In this document: in pieces, positions 8,102 through 15,713 of the stretch
How positions within the stretch are numbered: the stretch's first letter is position 1
How the letters are laid out: each line of letters opens with the position of its first letter
Sequence record: MN369754.1
Direction: 5' to 3' (one strand)
Length of the DNA stretch: 24,000 nucleotides
Origin: Streptomyces phage Limpid
Program-made: the position numbers and the translations under genes
The notes under the pieces: model-generated
Database searches by the model: none
What the model was told of the DNA's origin: nothing
What the model saw: only the letters and a program-made list of their open reading frames with translations

Positions 8102-10021
8102 ATGCGACCTAACACTGCAATTGCCGAGCGTCAGGGTGACCTTGGTGGTGAAAAGGTCCAGATGACCTTTGACCAGAACAGTCTTGCTCACCTGATGTCT
8201 GTTCTGACCGACCTGTATTCTGACCCTGAGCTTGCGGTAATTCGTGAGTACAGCACCAATGCCTATGATGCACAGCTTCGTGCAGGAGTTGTTCGGCCCA
8301 TTGAGGTTGTTACTCCCAATCAGCTTTCGCCATTCTTCAAGGTGAAGGATTATGGCATTGGAATGAATGCAACCGATATCCGGGAAATTTATTCTCAGTA
8401 CGGTGCGTCTACTAAGCGTGACAGCGATGACCAGGTTGGTATGCTTGGTCTCGGATGTAAGTCTGCTCTGACTTACACCAATAGCTTCACTGTTTCCGCA
8501 GTTAAGGATGGTGTAAAGACTCTGGTTGTTGTTTCTCGTTCTGAGGATGGCTCTGGAGTTATGGAGATTCTTTCTGAGGCTGAAACGACTGACCCGAATG
8601 GTGTCGAGATTATCGTTCCGGTCAAGAGTTACAATCAGTTTGAACAGAAGGCTAAGAACTTCTTCCGATTTTGGGATGAAGATACTGTCCTTCTGAATGG
8701 AAAGCCTGTTCAGCGTATTTCTGGCCGGGTTATCTCTGACAATATGCTCATCGCTAATGGTCTCAATCAGGACTATGTTGTTATGGGTAATGTTCCCTAC
8801 CAGATTAGCTCTGGCTTCAGTATTTCAAATCGTGGCTATGGATACCAGAATGGCGTTGTGGCTCGTGTGGAAATTGGAGACGTGAGCTTTACACCTTCTC
8901 GTGAGGCGTTGCATTACACCATTCGTACCAAGGAGACTATTAAGAGGCTCCAGGACGAATATGCGGCGGGTATCAAGGATGCTCTCCAGCGTGACGTTGA
9001 TGCAGCAGAGAATAGCAAGGATGCTGTTATGGCATACTTTGAGTGGTCAAAGATTCTCTATGGTAGTGTCCAGCGTGCTCCGAAGATTCAGTACAAGGGC
9101 AAGGAGATTCCGACTCATGTTCGGTCTCGCAACTTCCTTTACAAGATGACGAGTTCGCGGTATGCTGTACAAGAGGGAACGGGCCTCTATCTTGACAACA
9201 TGATGGACGTTCCGGTAATTCACGGATTCAAGTTCAACAAGGTTGCTTCCCATCACCGTGAGAAGATTCGTCTGTGGTCTTCCAAGACGGGTATTACCTC
9301 TCACAGCGTCATTCTGGTAGATGAGGTTCCCGAGGATTACAAGAATTGGGTTGGTGAGGACCAGCTTTATTCTTGGGAAGATGAAGTCAAGATTGTAAAG
9401 AAGGACCGGCCGAAGGTTGTACGTAGGGAAAAGGTCGAGTACACTGTATATCGTGAGGGCACTGCCCGACGAGAAGACATCACCCTTGACGAATTTCCTG
9501 ACGTTGAGATGGTCCTTGTTTCAGCTCCAGAGTTGAAGAGTGTGGATTATCACTGGTTCAATACTTTCAAGGAGCTTTTCCCTGACACGATGATTGTTCG
9601 GATTCCGACAACTCGTTGGGCAAAGTTCGAGCGGGATTTCGGAAAGACTCAGTCTCTCCGTGACTTTCTTGAGGAGAAGAGCCAGGATGCGGCAGACCTT
9701 CTTACTGAAGATGACAAGACGTACATGCACCTTGATTGGCACGCGCGTAGGGCTCTGCCCCGACTTGATGACAAGAAGATTGATGACCCGCAGCTTGCTC
9801 GGTTCATTCGAGTAACCCGCCGGGATGGTGAGTCTAATGAAATCAAGAACTACAAGCGTATCAATTCTCTTTGCTCTGGTATTCATGCCAAGCAGATTGA
9901 TGTAGAGTATAAGGCATACAGTCCATTCATTGACTACCCTCTTTTGAGTGGACTTGGTGACAACAAGAATGATGTTTATTCTCATGCGGTCATCTATGTA
10001 AATGCTGTATACAATTCCTAG
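8102..10021 (+). CDS. rIIA: rIIA-like protein (GHKL/HSP90-type ATPase N-terminus)
   Basis: LYSDPELAVIREYSTNAYDA and VKDYGIGMNATDI motifs; upstream of an rIIB-like gene. Confidence 0.88.
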   Translation: MRPNTAIAERQGDLGGEKVQMTFDQNSLAHLMSVLTDLYSDPELAVIREYSTNAYDAQLRAGVVRPIEVVTPNQLSPFFKVKDYGIGMNATDIREIYSQYGASTKRDSDDQVGMLGLGCKSALTYTNSFTVSAVKDGVKTLVVVSRSEDGSGVMEILSEAETTDPNGVEIIVPVKSYNQFEQKAKNFFRFWDEDTVLLNGKPVQRISGRVISDNMLIANGLNQDYVVMGNVPYQISSGFSISNRGYGYQNGVVARVEIGDVSFTPSREALHYTIRTKETIKRLQDEYAAGIKDALQRDVDAAENSKDAVMAYFEWSKILYGSVQRAPKIQYKGKEIPTHVRSRNFLYKMTSSRYAVQEGTGLYLDNMMDVPVIHGFKFNKVASHHREKIRLWSSKTGITSHSVILVDEVPEDYKNWVGEDQLYSWEDEVKIVKKDRPKVVRREKVEYTVYREGTARREDITLDEFPDVEMVLVSAPELKSVDYHWFNTFKELFPDTMIVRIPTTRWAKFERDFGKTQSLRDFLEEKSQDAADLLTEDDKTYMHLDWHARRALPRLDDKKIDDPQLARFIRVTRRDGESNEIKNYKRINSLCSGIHAKQIDVEYKAYSPFIDYPLLSGLGDNKNDVYSHAVIYVNAVYNS

Positions 10022-10027
10022 GAATTG

Positions 10028-10048
10028 TGCCCCTTCGGGGGCAAGCTT
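10028..10048 (+). promoter_or_regulatory. hairpin-AAGCTT module
   Basis: TGCCCC-TTCG-GGGGCA then AAGCTT (shared A). Confidence 0.85.
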
Positions 10049-10076
10049 CCCGAAAAGATATCTAAGGAGATAAACA

Positions 10077-11006
10077 ATGAGTTTCCCTTTCAGCATCTTC
10101 CGTTTCTCCGAGTCCGATGAGGTTAACCTTACCGCCTTCGTGGATGGACAGATGTATTCCGCTACGGATTCTCACCCGAATTACGAGCGAATTAAGGAGA
10201 TGTGTGAGGCAGGCAATGAGGACGTTGTCTCTCTGTTTGACCTTTCCATCACTGCACAGCGACGATTCGAGCGTCTTTCTGAGCGAGTCAGCATTACTTC
10301 CGGCCGGATTTACTTTGATGGCGAAGAGGTAGACAATGCTCTTACTCAGCAGGTTGTTCGATTCATCAATGAGGGTGTAGAGGACTTCAAGCCTCTCGTT
10401 CTGTTCTTTGAGAAGGTGCAGACGAACCCAAATTCCCATTCTCAGGAGCAGCTTTACCGCTGGCTTAAGGACCGTTCCTTCACTATTAACCAGGATGGCA
10501 ACATTGTTGCTTACAAGGGTGTGAAGAAGGTTACGGCAGAGCACGAGTACGAGAGTATTTCTCACGGAACTGCCATGGTTAATGGTGTTGAGCACACGGG
10601 TGGAATTCCTAACCCGCTTGGCGCTGTTGTGGAGATGCCTCGTTCTGAGGTTCAGCACAACCCTAGCGTTGGCTGTCACACTGGTCTGCACGCTGGTACG
10701 TGGAATTACGCGTCCGGATTTGCTCAGGGTGCGGTTCTGACTGTTGAAATTAATCCACGCGATGTGGTTTCTGTTCCGACCGATTGCCAGGACCAGAAGA
10801 TGCGCGTTTGTCGCTACACTGTGACTGGTGTCACTGAGCAGGAGCTTGGCAGTTACATCACTGACGAGTATGATGAGGACGAAGAGGTTGAGGGTGTTGA
10901 CCTTCCGAAGGAGACTCCAGAGCCTGTGAAGTATCAGCAGGTTGACTGGCTGACTTCTGTGCCGTATCCTTATGACGACGATGATGAAGAGGACGACGTT
11001 TTCTGA
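10077..11006 (+). CDS. rIIB: rIIB-like protein
   Basis: INQDGNIVAYKGVKK and LHAGTWNYASGFAQGAVLTVEINPRDVVSVP; directly follows rIIA-like gene; acidic tail. Confidence 0.88.
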   Translation: MSFPFSIFRFSESDEVNLTAFVDGQMYSATDSHPNYERIKEMCEAGNEDVVSLFDLSITAQRRFERLSERVSITSGRIYFDGEEVDNALTQQVVRFINEGVEDFKPLVLFFEKVQTNPNSHSQEQLYRWLKDRSFTINQDGNIVAYKGVKKVTAEHEYESISHGTAMVNGVEHTGGIPNPLGAVVEMPRSEVQHNPSVGCHTGLHAGTWNYASGFAQGAVLTVEINPRDVVSVPTDCQDQKMRVCRYTVTGVTEQELGSYITDEYDEDEEVEGVDLPKETPEPVKYQQVDWLTSVPYPYDDDDEEDDVF

Positions 11007-11012
11007 TTCATC

Positions 11013-11033
11013 TGCCCCTTCGGGGGCAAGCTT
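11013..11033 (+). promoter_or_regulatory. hairpin-AAGCTT module
   Basis: TGCCCC-TTCG-GGGGCA then AAGCTT (shared A). Confidence 0.85.
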
Positions 11034-11053
11034 ATTACTACATAGGAGGAACA

Positions 11054-11215
11054 GTGACGGTTGCAGAATTGATTGCAAAGTTGCAGACGTATCACAACCA
11101 GGATGCTAAGGTTAAGGTCCGAGTTGACGATGGATGCGGTTGTTGTTCAAGCGGCGGGACGTATGAAGATATTGAGGTTGATGTTGTAGACGGAGAAATC
11201 CGAATTTCTGACTGA
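11054..11215 (+). CDS. small protein MTVAELIAKLQTYHNQDAKVKVRVDDGCGCCSSGGTYEDIEVDVVDGEIRISD (53 aa), GTG start; not in the ORF track
   Basis: Manual translation; TAGGAGGAACA SD. Confidence 0.75.
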   Translation: MTVAELIAKLQTYHNQDAKVKVRVDDGCGCCSSGGTYEDIEVDVVDGEIRISD

Positions 11216-11222
11216 TATACTC

Positions 11223-11242
11223 GCCTCTTCGGAGGCAAGCTT
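11223..11242 (+). promoter_or_regulatory. hairpin-AAGCTT module
   Basis: GCCTC-TTCG-GAGGC then AAGCTT. Confidence 0.85.
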
Positions 11243-11255
11243 GAAGGGAGGGTGC

Positions 11256-11423
11256 ATGATTGACCCTGAAGACTGGTTCCCCGAAGAGGTTTTGGATGAG
11301 CTTGAAGAAGTTGATGCAAGCTTGTATGATATCCTTCCTGAGGAACTGATTCAGTATCTAGAGGATGCTGAAGATGACCGGAATCATTGGGACCGTTATG
11401 ACGAGATGCCTTGGAATGGATAA
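11256..11423 (+). CDS. small acidic protein (55 aa)
   Basis: ATG11256 after GGGAGGGTGC. Confidence 0.7.
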   Translation: MIDPEDWFPEEVLDELEEVDASLYDILPEELIQYLEDAEDDRNHWDRYDEMPWNG

Positions 11424-11426
11424 GCA

Positions 11427-12200
11427 ATGAAGATTATGGTTCTTGGTGACACTCATGGTGAGACGCAATGGACTAAGGACATTGTAAAGCGGGCTCATCG
11501 CATGAAGGTCGAAAAGATTATTCAAGTAGGTGACTTTGGCATCTGGACTCATGAGGCTGAGGGTCACCGCTTTCTGGATACTGTCAATGAAGAACTCCGC
11601 CGGGTTGGCATTAAGATGTACTTCGTTGGCGGCAATCACGAGAATTGGGACCATCTTAACTGGTTCCAAAAGAACAACGCCAAGAGTGGTGACGGACACA
11701 CGTACATTCGTTCACACATTCTGTATACTGGACGTGTTCACCGCTGGACTTGGGGCGAGAAGGGTTCCGAGAAGATTTTTCAGGCTGTTGGTGGAGCTGT
11801 CTCCGTTGACAAGAACTGGCGAACCGTAGGAAAGACCCTGTGGCTCGATGAGGAAATTCCTGAGCCTGTCGTTTATGGTCTGGAGAAGGCTGGTCGCCAA
11901 TGCGATTACCTTTTTACTCACGATGCGCCTAGCTGCGTTCCGATGAGTAATCTGAAGCCTGACATGGATTCGGCTCGTCACCGTGGTTACATGGACCGAA
12001 TTGGGCGGGCTGTCCGACCCAATCTTTGGTTCCATGGTCACTACCACAAGTGGATGGAGTACAGCTTTATGCATCAGCAGGGCTATGCTTTCGTCTACGG
12101 TCTTGACCGAGACTTCCAGTTCTACAGCTATGTTATTCTTGACACTGATAGTGACAACGTAACTACTGCAACTGGCAAGGTTGTGGAGCACGGAAACTAA
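11427..12200 (+). CDS. calcineurin-like metallophosphoesterase
   Basis: GDTHG, GDFG, GGNHE, FTHDAPS, HGHYH motifs. Confidence 0.93.
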   Translation: MKIMVLGDTHGETQWTKDIVKRAHRMKVEKIIQVGDFGIWTHEAEGHRFLDTVNEELRRVGIKMYFVGGNHENWDHLNWFQKNNAKSGDGHTYIRSHILYTGRVHRWTWGEKGSEKIFQAVGGAVSVDKNWRTVGKTLWLDEEIPEPVVYGLEKAGRQCDYLFTHDAPSCVPMSNLKPDMDSARHRGYMDRIGRAVRPNLWFHGHYHKWMEYSFMHQQGYAFVYGLDRDFQFYSYVILDTDSDNVTTATGKVVEHGN

Positions 12201-12204
12201 GCAT

Positions 12205-12233
12205 TTGCCATTTGAAAACATTTCCAATACAAT
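12205..12233 (+). promoter_or_regulatory. sigma-A-like promoter
   Basis: TTGCCA, 17 nt, TACAAT. Confidence 0.6.
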
Positions 12234-12240
12234 GAAATGT

Positions 12241-12270
12241 ATGGAGGTTAACGCCTCCGATAGATTTTGA
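12241..12270 (+). other. possible leaderless uORF MEVNASDRF
   Basis: ATG 8 nt after the -10; contains GGAGG/CCTCC inverted repeat; its stop abuts the GGAGG SD of the next gene. Confidence 0.3.
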
Positions 12271-12287
12271 GGAGGTGTACAATTCAA

Positions 12288-12725
12288 ATGGCAAATGAAG
12301 AGAAGAACGAGTCACGTATTCTTTCTGACGATGAGCGCGCTGCTGCTCTAAAGGAGTCTGACGCTCGTGCTGCGAAGAAGGATTACAAGCCTGTTACTGC
12401 TCAGTCTGCTGTTGCGGTTCACGGACCACACGGCGTTGAGGAGGCTGCTGCAAAGCGTGCAAAGGATGCTGGTGTCATCGACCCTGCGTTCGTAAACTAT
12501 GCAGAGGCTCTAGAGAATTACCAGGCTCGTCCAGACGTTGAGCCACTAGATGAGCGTCGCGCTCGTGAGGGTGGACGTGACTTCCAGGCTGCTGCATTCC
12601 GTCGTGAAATTGGTGGAACAGACAACTCTGGAGTAACCACTTCTGAGGACGTTGCTACTGGAGCGGCTGAGGACAACAAGGACAACAACAAGACTGTTGC
12701 TGCCCGTAAGCCTTCCGCAAAGTAA
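12288..12725 (+). CDS. hypothetical protein, Ala/acidic-rich
   Basis: ATG12288 downstream of GAGGAGG; preceded by promoter and followed by terminator (monocistronic unit). Confidence 0.85.
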   Translation: MANEEKNESRILSDDERAAALKESDARAAKKDYKPVTAQSAVAVHGPHGVEEAAAKRAKDAGVIDPAFVNYAEALENYQARPDVEPLDERRAREGGRDFQAAAFRREIGGTDNSGVTTSEDVATGAAEDNKDNNKTVAARKPSAK

Positions 12726-12744
12726 GCGTTGTTATTCGTAAAAA

Positions 12745-12773
12745 GACCGGGGTTGACAAAGCCCCGGTCTTTT
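12745..12773 (+). terminator. rho-independent terminator
   Basis: GACCGGGG-TTGACAAAG-CCCCGGTC-TTTT. Confidence 0.85.
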
Positions 12774-12782
12774 GCGTATACT
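12753..12782 (+). promoter_or_regulatory. sigma-A-like promoter for tRNA-Lys, -35 inside terminator loop
   Basis: TTGACA, 18 nt, TATACT. Confidence 0.8.
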
Positions 12783-12798
12783 ATAGAAACACAAACGA

Positions 12799-12871
12799 AA
12801 TCCCTTAGCTCAGTTGGCAGAGCGCTGGACTTTTAATCCAAGTGTCGTCGGTTCGAGTCCGACAGGGATTA
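12799..12871 (+). tRNA. tRNA-Lys(TTT)
   Basis: Acceptor AATCCCT/AGGGATT, D-arm GCTC/GAGC, anticodon loop CTTTTAA, T-arm with TTCGAGT. Confidence 0.95.
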
Positions 12872-12874
12872 CTC

Positions 12875-12904
12875 TTGACACGCCTGTGTCAAAAATGTTA
12901 AGAT
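12875..12904 (+). promoter_or_regulatory. sigma-A-like promoter upstream of WhiB operon
   Basis: TTGACA, 18 nt, TAAGAT; palindrome TTGACAC-GCCT-GTGTCAA covers the -35. Confidence 0.75.
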
Positions 12905-12941
12905 GCATGTATGATGCAATTTGAACGAAAGGTAAGGACTT

Positions 12942-13178
12942 ATGCCTAATCTCGATTACAAGGCTGCCCACAAGTTTGTCAAGGAGCAGCGCCGGATTGG
13001 TAATGCTGTTCGCTGGGATGGCTGGGACATGGTATTCTGGAAGCCGACTCGACATGGCTTCACGAATGTCAACGGGGCCTTTGATAGGGACAAGGGTCGC
13101 TGGGGCGTAGAGTCCCGAGTTTCCGTCAATACAGACGGTGTTTGGATGGTCCCTAAGAAGAATGTCAAGTCTGCTTGA
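12942..13178 (+). CDS. hypothetical protein
   Basis: ORF after GGTAAGGACTT; follows promoter. Confidence 0.8.
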   Translation: MPNLDYKAAHKFVKEQRRIGNAVRWDGWDMVFWKPTRHGFTNVNGAFDRDKGRWGVESRVSVNTDGVWMVPKKNVKSA

Positions 13179-13470
13179 GGAATTCGGGCTAGACCCGGAG
13201 GATTTCGAATGGCAAGACTTGGCTCTATGCTCTAGTATGCCGACAGCTTTCTTCTATGATTCTTATGAGTCAGACCAGGAAACGGCAAAGTCTATTGACC
13301 AAGTCTGCCTTCGATGTCCTGTCATTAAAGAGTGTTTCTTTGCAGGTGCTAGAGGGGAACACGGAGTTTGGGGCGGGTTTTATTGGAATGGCTCTGGTAG
13401 CCCAGACAAGAATAAAAACTCCCACAAAACTGATGAGGTAAAAGCGGAGATTCTAAGGAGGGTAGAATGA
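13162..13470 (+). CDS. whiB: WhiB-family transcriptional regulator
   Basis: Cysteine pattern C...C-x2-C-x5-C (CSS...CLRCPVIKEC) and GVWGG; start taken at MSSLLEEFG. Confidence 0.92.
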   Translation: MSSLLEEFGLDPEDFEWQDLALCSSMPTAFFYDSYESDQETAKSIDQVCLRCPVIKECFFAGARGEHGVWGGFYWNGSGSPDKNKNSHKTDEVKAEILRRVE

Positions 13471-13724
13471 GTCAATACTCTCCTGAAGTACAGCGAATCT
13501 TCAAGACGATGAAGTCTCCCTATCAAGGCTTCATCGTGGATATGGTAGAATATCCTGACTACCTTGCACTACGGGTCTATAAGCCTAACATTGAAGAATT
13601 CAGCGAGATGCAAAAAGTAGCTCTCGCTGAATATCTGTTTCAGCTAAGAGATACAATTAGGTCAGAAGAAGTCAAGTGCCACATTGAGGGAGTCACTGAT
13701 GCACCACCTTCTGGAAAACGATAA
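13467..13724 (+). CDS. hypothetical protein
   Basis: ATGA overlap with whiB; AGGAGG upstream. Confidence 0.75.
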   Translation: MSQYSPEVQRIFKTMKSPYQGFIVDMVEYPDYLALRVYKPNIEEFSEMQKVALAEYLFQLRDTIRSEEVKCHIEGVTDAPPSGKR

Positions 13725-13893
13725 GCGTTACCCTCGCATTCTTATGATTGAGGAGAACGTCATCGGACATCTTGTCCAGCGCAATGCGTATTTTTCGCGG
13801 GTTAAGTACAGCATTCTTGGACATGAATACAACATTGAGGTAGACAACGATGAATATCTGGAGCTGCCTCAGATTGGATATGAGAGCGATTGA
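13699..13893 (+). CDS. hypothetical protein
   Basis: ATG13699 with GAGGGAG upstream; overlapping. Confidence 0.65.
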   Translation: MHHLLENDKRYPRILMIEENVIGHLVQRNAYFSRVKYSILGHEYNIEVDNDEYLELPQIGYESD

Positions 13894-14138
13894 GCGAGTC
13901 GGTTGTTTGTGCTTGCTGCGGAAGGCAGCACAATGAGCTACGTGCCCAGAACTCCAGACTGATTGCCGGAAATAAGTTCTTCGCATGTCCGTCATGCAAG
14001 GCAGACAAGAAAGAGCCTCGCGCTTACGTTATTCTTGTCGGCAGGGCTTCCGGTCCTGATTCAGTGACAGACTACATTTTGAACCGTCGATACTGCGGGG
14101 ATGAAATTCTGGCCAAGGAACTGGTTACAAGGCGTTAA
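13890..14138 (+). CDS. hypothetical protein with two CxxC (zinc-ribbon-like), TTG start
   Basis: VCACCGRQ...ACPSCKADK. Confidence 0.65.
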   Translation: MSESVVCACCGRQHNELRAQNSRLIAGNKFFACPSCKADKKEPRAYVILVGRASGPDSVTDYILNRRYCGDEILAKELVTRR

Positions 14139-14167
14139 AACTTAATAGGCGGGTTTTCCCGCCATAC

Positions 14168-14240
14168 CCCCGGTTAGCTTAACTGGTAAAAGCAGCGTAC
14201 TTATACTACGTATTTATGAGTTCGAATCTCATACTGGGGA
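14168..14240 (+). tRNA. tRNA-Ile(TAT)
   Basis: Acceptor CCCCGGT/ACTGGGG; D-stem GCTT/AAGC; anticodon stem GCGTA/TACGT with loop CTTATAC; T-arm ATGAG-TTCGAAT-CTCAT; GGCGGG-TTTT-CCCGCC hairpin just upstream. Confidence 0.92.
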
Positions 14241-14254
14241 CCTAGAAAGTATGA

Positions 14255-14284
14255 TTGGACTTTTAAGCGTCAAAACGTTATACT
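14255..14284 (+). promoter_or_regulatory. sigma-A-like promoter, probably giving a leaderless transcript
   Basis: TTGGAC, 18 nt, TATACT ending 6 nt before ATG14291. Confidence 0.7.
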
Positions 14285-14290
14285 TTAATC

Positions 14291-14722
14291 ATGTCCAGAC
14301 TAGTGAGTTTCTTTAAGGCTGTGGCTGAACGTCCCACTGAAGCAATCGAAGGAATCATCGCTACGGCGGTATTTCTTGTTGGCTTGTGGTTCATCAGTCC
14401 CTTTTATGAGCCTACTACATCTGTGCAATCCCAAATTTGGGAAAGTGCAAATATCCCACAGTTTACTGGTGTCTTTCAGGCATTGGTTGCAGGAATTCTC
14501 CTATTTGCTCTGGTCAGAAAGGGTTGGGCAAGAAGGCAAATGGTTCGTCGGCAGGCGACATTTGCCATTTTCATTCTCTACCTGTTTTACGGACTCTCTT
14601 CCACCATGATTCTAGGAATGGGGAGGGTTTCATGGGTGGCTACATTCGCTCTTGCTCTTATCTCGGGTGTGGCACATCTAAGGCTAAAGTGGGAGGAGGG
14701 TGAAGCCAATGCCAGAGATTAG
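14291..14722 (+). CDS. membrane protein, several predicted TM segments
   Basis: Hydrophobic segments IIATAVFLVGLWFI, LVAGILLFALV, TFAIFILYLFYGL, WVATFALALI. Confidence 0.8.
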   Translation: MSRLVSFFKAVAERPTEAIEGIIATAVFLVGLWFISPFYEPTTSVQSQIWESANIPQFTGVFQALVAGILLFALVRKGWARRQMVRRQATFAIFILYLFYGLSSTMILGMGRVSWVATFALALISGVAHLRLKWEEGEANARD

Positions 14723-15005
14723 TCAGGCGTGGCTAGCCCTGCTGGGTGCTTTGCTTGGTGGTTCTGGACTCAAGATTATTGAGTATTGGCTAAATCGCTC
14801 GAAGGTGAGGGAAGATGCTGCTGCGCAGATGCGTACTGAGCTGAGAGATGAAATCAAAGTTCTCCGTGAAGAATTGCGTACAGTTGAAGACGAACTTGAC
14901 AAGTGGCGCGGCAAGTACTATGAATTGATGGATGAGTTCATGAAGGCCAAGAGTGACCTAGCTGAGGCTCTAAGCCGTGCACGCAACCAAGCTAACGAGT
15001 CTTGA
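14709..15005 (+). CDS. membrane-anchored coiled-coil protein (start 14700 or 14709)
   Basis: N-terminal hydrophobic segment then heptad-like charged region. Confidence 0.75.
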   Translation: MPEISQAWLALLGALLGGSGLKIIEYWLNRSKVREDAAAQMRTELRDEIKVLREELRTVEDELDKWRGKYYELMDEFMKAKSDLAEALSRARNQANES

Positions 15006-15030
15006 CGAGACGCGAGAAGCTGTGTATAGT
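15002..15030 (+). promoter_or_regulatory. sigma-A-like promoter for structured RNA
   Basis: TTGACG, 17 nt, TATAGT. Confidence 0.7.
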
Positions 15031-15036
15031 AGTAGA

Positions 15037-15140
15037 TGCGAGTGGGAGAGAGACCCACAAACTTTTCCGGCGGGGTGAGGATGAAAGTCTGTAGAAACAC
15101 CGGATGCGAGCGGAGCGCACAATCTCCGCATTAAGCTTTT
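15037..15140 (+). ncRNA. structured small RNA candidate with own promoter, unknown function
   Basis: GTGGG-AGAGAGA-CCCAC hairpin; ACTTT...AAAGT enclosing GGTG that can pair with downstream CACC; GCGGAG-CGCACAAT-CTCCGC hairpin then ATTAAGCTTTT; no ORF. Confidence 0.5.
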
Positions 15141-15184
15141 AAACGATTATGTAGTAGAATGGTTACGGAAGGGAGGTGCCTAAT

Positions 15185-15460
15185 TTGGCATTTTACGCCG
15201 TTAACTCATTCTACTACAATGAGGAGACTGGAAACATGTTCCTCTATCTGACTAAGCCTACAGAGGTTTCTTACGAACACTCATCAGAGTATCTTCCTGA
15301 GGACATCTTTGAGGCTCAGATTTTCCTTGATGGAGGAATCGCTTTGATTGGAAAGAACCGACCACCTTCCCAGGATGGTACAATTCCTGGTGGAATGTAT
15401 GGTAGAACAGCAAGTCCTAGCGATGACACAGTTAACCCTCTAGAAGACGCTCCCGAGTGA
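15185..15460 (+). CDS. hypothetical protein (TTG 15185, or GTG 15176)
   Basis: GGGAGG upstream; ORF track. Confidence 0.7.
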   Translation: MAFYAVNSFYYNEETGNMFLYLTKPTEVSYEHSSEYLPEDIFEAQIFLDGGIALIGKNRPPSQDGTIPGGMYGRTASPSDDTVNPLEDAPE

Positions 15461-15461
15461 C

Positions 15462-15491
15462 TTGACAGAGCTTAAGACGCTCTGCTAGAGT
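15462..15491 (+). promoter_or_regulatory. sigma-A-like promoter for tRNA cluster
   Basis: TTGACA, 18 nt, TAGAGT; inverted repeat CAGAGC/GCTCTG. Confidence 0.65.
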
Positions 15492-15532
15492 ATAGATACA
15501 AGGTAAGGCAACCGCCCAAGAGTTGCCAACAT

Positions 15533-15605
15533 GCTCCCGTAGAGTAAAGGTTATCTCGCTTCCCTCTCAAGGAAGAGACTGCCGGTTCGAATCCGGTCGG
15601 GAGTG
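15533..15605 (+). tRNA. tRNA-Glu(CTC)
   Basis: Acceptor GCTCCCG/CGGGAGT; anticodon stem CTTCC/GGAAG, loop CTCTCAA; T-arm GCCGG-TTCGAAT-CCGGT. Confidence 0.92.
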
Positions 15606-15713
15606 CAAATCGTTTCTGGTTGACATATTAAAAGGTTGCAACCACTCCAGAAATGGTCTAGGCTGAGTAGGAAACATTACGAACCCTCAATAGCCGATTC
15701 ACGTAGTATACAG

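Noticed and set aside
10062-11078. Minus-strand ORF of 338 aa, and other long minus-strand ORFs such as 748-1455 and 9521-10096
   Set aside because: They lie wholly antisense to well-supported genes, lack RBSs and show repetitive Leu/Val/Asn-rich composition typical of shadow ORFs.
14291-15005. Holin pair
   Set aside because: Membrane topology would be compatible, but there is no endolysin or lysis neighbour in this window, so the function cannot be supported.
15037-15140. Hammerhead or HDV-like ribozyme
   Set aside because: No CUGANGA...GAAA core, and no convincing nested double pseudoknot matching HDV-like consensus by eye; kept only as structured RNA of unknown class.
15620-15648. Promoter at TTGACA 15620
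   Set aside because: No -10-like hexamer at 16-19 nt downstream.
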